Below, piece after piece: positions 60,327 through 64,000 of a stretch of 64,000 nucleotides of DNA. Every line of letters begins with the position of its first letter. Positions within the stretch are counted from its first letter, which is position 1. The notes below the pieces were generated by a model, which was not told the DNA's origin, made no database searches, and saw only the letters and a list, made by a program, of their open reading frames with translations. The position numbers were made by a program, and so were the translations under genes. Source of the DNA: Candidatus Spongiisociaceae bacterium (GTDB lineage Bacteria > Actinomycetota > Acidimicrobiia > Spongiisociales > Spongiisociaceae); contig OZ253564.1 of NCBI GenBank assembly GCA_965262915.1, positions 1,824,001 to 1,888,000 on the forward strand, given 5' to 3'.

Positions 60327-62681
60327 TCAGCCGGTCAAGCGCGCCGCGCGGAGCCAGGAATCCGCGAGATCGCGGTTGTCGGCGATCCATTCGGCGGCGT
60401 GGCGTTTGATGTCCTCCTCAGTGGCCTCACCGCCCTGCATACGGACGTTCTGGAGGGCCACGTCGACCGGGTTGATGGTGAACAACTCGAACAGTCGGGC
60501 CGCGGCCGGGTTAGCGGCCAGGAAGTCGTTGTTGGCGGTCACCCTGATATCGGCCGCGTCCCAGCCCAGCAGGCACGGGTCGGAGGTGCACCGGTCACCG
60601 AGTGATGACGGGCCTTCTATCTGCGTGGGCGAGATCGACGGATCTTCGTGGATGGAGACCCATACCGCATTGTCGCCCGGACGCAGATCGCTGACGTAAT
60701 GAGACGGCGCCCAGGTGTAAACCAGGTAAGGCTCCCCGGCTCCGTCCCTGGCGATAGCATCCGCGATCATCGCGTCATAACCGCCGACATCGAACTGCTC
60801 GATGTTGCCCCAGCCGGCATTCTCGATCCAGGAGTTGATGTTGACGTGGCATCCCCATCCATCCGGGCAACCATATATCTGAAGTATGCCGTCGCCCGGC
60901 GAGGGGTCAGCCGCCTCGTACACAGCGAACTGGTCCGGATCGGCGAGCAGGGCATCGAGAGTGGTCAGCCCGTGTTCGTCAGCGAAGGCCTTGTTGGTGA
61001 TCAGCCCTTGCACTCCCGATCTGGCCATCTCCCGGCCCAAGCTGGTGACGTGTTCACTCACCAACGAGCCATCGGGCATCGCAGCGGCCAGGAACTGGTC
61101 GTGGTTCGGGAACCACGAGTTGACCCAGAAGTCGAACTCACCGTTGGCCATCGCCACGAAGGCGTTGGACGGCGCCAACTCCAGATCCTCGGGGTCGCTC
61201 ACCCCATACCCCAGCTCCTCCAACAGAGCCGCGTAGATAGCAGCCTGCAGATAACCGGTCGACCAGTTAGCCCGCGCCATCGTCGCCGAAACCCCCGAAC
61301 CGGGCGTCTCGTCAACCGGGACCCTGGCTATCGCCAGCCATACATCGACGGTGGCGCGGTTGTCGGCGATCCATTCGGCGGCGTGGCGTTTGATGTCCTC
61401 CTCAGTGGCCTCACCGCCCTGCATACGGACGTTCTGGAGGGCCACGTCGACCGGGTTGATGGTGAACAACTCGAACAGTCGGGCCGCGGCCGGGTTAGCG
61501 GCCAGGAAGTCGTTGTTGGCGGTCACCCTGATATCGGCCGCGTCCCAGCCCAGCAGGCACGGGTCGGAGGTGCACCGGTCACCGAGTGATGACGGGCCTT
61601 CTATCTGCGTGGGCGAGATCGACGGATCTTCGTGGATGGAGACCCATACCGCATTGTCGCCCGGACGCAGATCGCTGACGTAATGAGACGGCGCCCAGGT
61701 GTAAACCAGGTAAGGCTCCCCGGCTCCGTCCCTGGCGATAGCATCCGCGATCATCGCGTCATAACCGCCGACATCGAACTGCTCGATGTTGCCCCAGCCG
61801 GCATTCTCGATCCAGGAGTTGATGTTGACGTGGCATCCCCATCCATCCGGGCAACCATATATCTGAAGTATGCCGTCGCCCGGCGAGGGGTCAGCCGCCT
61901 CGTACACAGCGAACTGGTCCGGATCGGCGAGCAGGGCATCGAGAGTGGTCAGCCCGTGTTCGTCAGCGAAGGCCTTGTTGGTGATCAGCCCTTGCACTCC
62001 CGATCTGGCCATCTCCCGGCCCAAGCTGGTGACGTGTTCACTCACCAACGAGCCATCGGGCATCGCAGCGGCCAGGAACTGGTCGTGGTTCGGGAACCAC
62101 GAGTTGACCCAGAAGTCGAACTCACCGTTGGCCATCGCCACGAAGGCGTTGGACGGCGCCAACTCCAGATCCTCGGGGTCGCTCACCCCATACCCCAGCT
62201 CCTCCAACAGAGCCGCGTAGATAGCAGCCTGCAGATAACCGGTCGACCAGTTAGCCCGCGCCATCGTCACCGACACCCCCGCCCCGGGGCCTTTGCCAGC
62301 CTCTTCCAGCGCCATTTGAGCCTCTTCTGCGGCCATTTGAGCCTCTTCTGCGGTCTTCTGAGCCTCTTCAAGCCCCATTTGAGCCTCTTCTGCGGTCTTC
62401 TGAGCCTCTTCCAGCGCCGTTTGAGCCTCTTCGCCACCTTCCTCGGCCGCCGCTTCAGCTTCCGCCAGCGCGGCCTGGGCCGCCTCCAACTCAGCTTCGG
62501 CTCCGGCCAGAGCGGCGTTAGCTGCCTCTTCCGCGGCCTTGGCTGCCTCTTGGGCGCTGGTGTCGATGACGGTGACGGGAGGCTGCGTCTCGGTCGGGGC
62601 CTCCGGTTCGTCGTCCCCGCAGGCCACAGCCAGCAGTGCGAACACCGCCAGCACCGCTAATGCATTTCTCATTCGAGTCAT
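60327..62681 (-). CDS. ProX-like substrate-binding lipoprotein with two tandem binding domains
   Basis: Lipobox LAVAC, Ala/Glu coiled coil, MARANWSTGYLQA...WIADNR occurs twice; AGGAGG SD. Confidence 0.88.
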   Translation of the reverse strand: MTRMRNALAVLAVFALLAVACGDDEPEAPTETQPPVTVIDTSAQEAAKAAEEAANAALAGAEAELEAAQAALAEAEAAAEEGGEEAQTALEEAQKTAEEAQMGLEEAQKTAEEAQMAAEEAQMALEEAGKGPGAGVSVTMARANWSTGYLQAAIYAALLEELGYGVSDPEDLELAPSNAFVAMANGEFDFWVNSWFPNHDQFLAAAMPDGSLVSEHVTSLGREMARSGVQGLITNKAFADEHGLTTLDALLADPDQFAVYEAADPSPGDGILQIYGCPDGWGCHVNINSWIENAGWGNIEQFDVGGYDAMIADAIARDGAGEPYLVYTWAPSHYVSDLRPGDNAVWVSIHEDPSISPTQIEGPSSLGDRCTSDPCLLGWDAADIRVTANNDFLAANPAAARLFELFTINPVDVALQNVRMQGGEATEEDIKRHAAEWIADNRATVDVWLAIARVPVDETPGSGVSATMARANWSTGYLQAAIYAALLEELGYGVSDPEDLELAPSNAFVAMANGEFDFWVNSWFPNHDQFLAAAMPDGSLVSEHVTSLGREMARSGVQGLITNKAFADEHGLTTLDALLADPDQFAVYEAADPSPGDGILQIYGCPDGWGCHVNINSWIENAGWGNIEQFDVGGYDAMIADAIARDGAGEPYLVYTWAPSHYVSDLRPGDNAVWVSIHEDPSISPTQIEGPSSLGDRCTSDPCLLGWDAADIRVTANNDFLAANPAAARLFELFTINPVDVALQNVRMQGGEATEEDIKRHAAEWIADNRDLADSWLRAARLTG
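60371..62268. repeat. 914-bp direct repeat (60371-61284 and 61355-62268; period 984)
   Basis: Identical translations in the ORF frames compared; no mismatch seen by eye. Confidence 0.9.
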
Positions 62682-62751
62682 TCCGGACCCTCCTCTTCTC
62701 GTCTCGGTTCTGGTTCTCTGTCTTTCTACGTACGGCGGTGTGGGTTCATTG

Positions 62752-63999
62752 TTACGTTCCCTGCGCAACCAACTCCTCTAGTTCGGTCTTCGCGGAATCC
62801 TCGGCCTGATCCATCAGGCTCCTTTCCCCCGCGTACACCTTGGTCCTCCGGAACTCCCTCAGCACCCAGCGGGAGGAGGCGAAGAGGAAAAACCCGGCCA
62901 GCAGGCACAGGAACGAGCCCGGCCCGCTGACGAAATTCGGGTCGGAGACGCGTACCAGCGAAGCGATCCATCCCGCCGACACCAACATCACTCCTACCCC
63001 GAGGGCGGAGACCGCCACGCTCGACCTCCAGCGCCGTCGCTCGTCGCGGCCCAACAACCCGGCTGCCGGTAGGTTGAGCAGAAGAGCCACCACGCCTAGC
63101 CACATGGTCAGGTATCCGAGGCGGGGTCCTGCCTCGTCGAAGCCGTCGGTACGGATGGGATTCTTGCGTTGCGCCTCGGCGGCCAGCGCCGCGATTTCTG
63201 TTGCGTTAAGCGCAGCCTTGGAGGGATCCGCCCGCGCTTCCTGTTCGAGGCGGTCCATCTCGGCCTGCAATTCGGGGGTGATAACCGACGCTACGCGCGT
63301 GTCGACCGACCAAGATGACAGTCCGGCCGCCAACACCATCCCGAAGATCCCCACCGACAGGAGGATACGGGTGATGGACACGGTGGACCGCAACGGACGT
63401 AACGGGCTGTAGGGGGCGTTTCGCATCCATACAGCGGCGCCGGCCACGGCGACTATCCCACCACCCAGCGCCATCCACACCCCGATGCCGTGGCTGTGGG
63501 ACACGGCGTCTGTCGGCGGATCGATCCACAGGTAGCCGACCGCCGAAGCCAGCAGGCCCGCGGCGAACATCAGGGCCCCGTCGGCCCCGAACCAGCGGGC
63601 CACCTCGCCCGGTTTGGTCAGCGTGGTCAGCGCGGAGCCCACAATCAGCAGGCTCATGGCCAGCACGGCGATCCCGAGGAAACTACCTCCCTCGGCGGCC
63701 AAGCCGTTGAAGGTCATCCCACCTAGGTCCAAGTCGAACTCCCGGCCGTAGGCCGAGATGCGGCCCGAGTCGCGTCCCCACGGTAGGAACACCGAGACCA
63801 GCCCCACTACCGCCCCCACCAGGGCGATCAGCACCCCCGCCCTCTCCGCGTTCTCCACTGGCGCCGGAGTCCCTTCCACAGCTAGATCGGTGATGATGTC
63901 CTCAGCAGGGGTCTCGTCCAGCAAGACTTCCGGATCCCGCCGATGCGCCCATGCCGCGCGGATGCGGGCGAACAGGTTGGCGCCCTCTCCGGCCTCGGT
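62752..63999 (-). CDS. Second ProW-like permease, C-terminal extension only (5' truncated by window)
   Basis: Collinear with the C-terminus of 56687-58855 (AW.HRRDPE.LL, FLPW, FNGL.A.GGS, EFRR.KVY). Confidence 0.85.
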   Translation of the reverse strand, partial: TEAGEGANLFARIRAAWAHRRDPEVLLDETPAEDIITDLAVEGTPAPVENAERAGVLIALVGAVVGLVSVFLPWGRDSGRISAYGREFDLDLGGMTFNGLAAEGGSFLGIAVLAMSLLIVGSALTTLTKPGEVARWFGADGALMFAAGLLASAVGYLWIDPPTDAVSHSHGIGVWMALGGGIVAVAGAAVWMRNAPYSPLRPLRSTVSITRILLSVGIFGMVLAAGLSSWSVDTRVASVITPELQAEMDRLEQEARADPSKAALNATEIAALAAEAQRKNPIRTDGFDEAGPRLGYLTMWLGVVALLLNLPAAGLLGRDERRRWRSSVAVSALGVGVMLVSAGWIASLVRVSDPNFVSGPGSFLCLLAGFFLFASSRWVLREFRRTKVYAGERSLMDQAEDSAKTELEELVAQGT

Positions 64000-64000
64000 C

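Overview
High-GC actinobacterial chromosome segment; rRNA sequence and gene order suggest Acidimicrobiia (inference, not a database result). 1-21.6 kb is core: pheT-argF-mpg-tyrS, a MazF/CcdA-like TA pair, a complete 16S-23S-5S operon, rny-miaB-miaA-dapF, lexA with a divergent LysM gene and three SOS boxes, dut and four tRNAs, with two small CTAG-bounded MITE-like families in the intergenic spaces. 21.6-64 kb is accessory: a molybdenum hydroxylase, a carnitine/butyrobetaine/choline/betaine catabolic region (betA, hydratase, CoA ligase, acyl-CoA dehydrogenase, fused carnitine dehydrogenase-thioesterase, BKACE, IclR, non-pyrrolysine MttB, DMG-dehydrogenase-like, ProU-like ABC genes), ppc, an unusual three-gene unknown/DUF433/PIN operon and decayed gene fragments. 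Main observation: two related IS110 elements (26586-28071 minus, 49956-51450 plus) carry a readable bridge-RNA-type non-coding left end. Their right target guides differ by two bases (GTGTCAG vs GTGCTAG), and each is the exact reverse complement of that copy's own insertion flank (CTGACAC vs CTAGCAC). Both insertion sites are units of a heptameric satellite repeat that also forms a ~220 bp array here. All calls are by-eye motif recognition; no searches were run.
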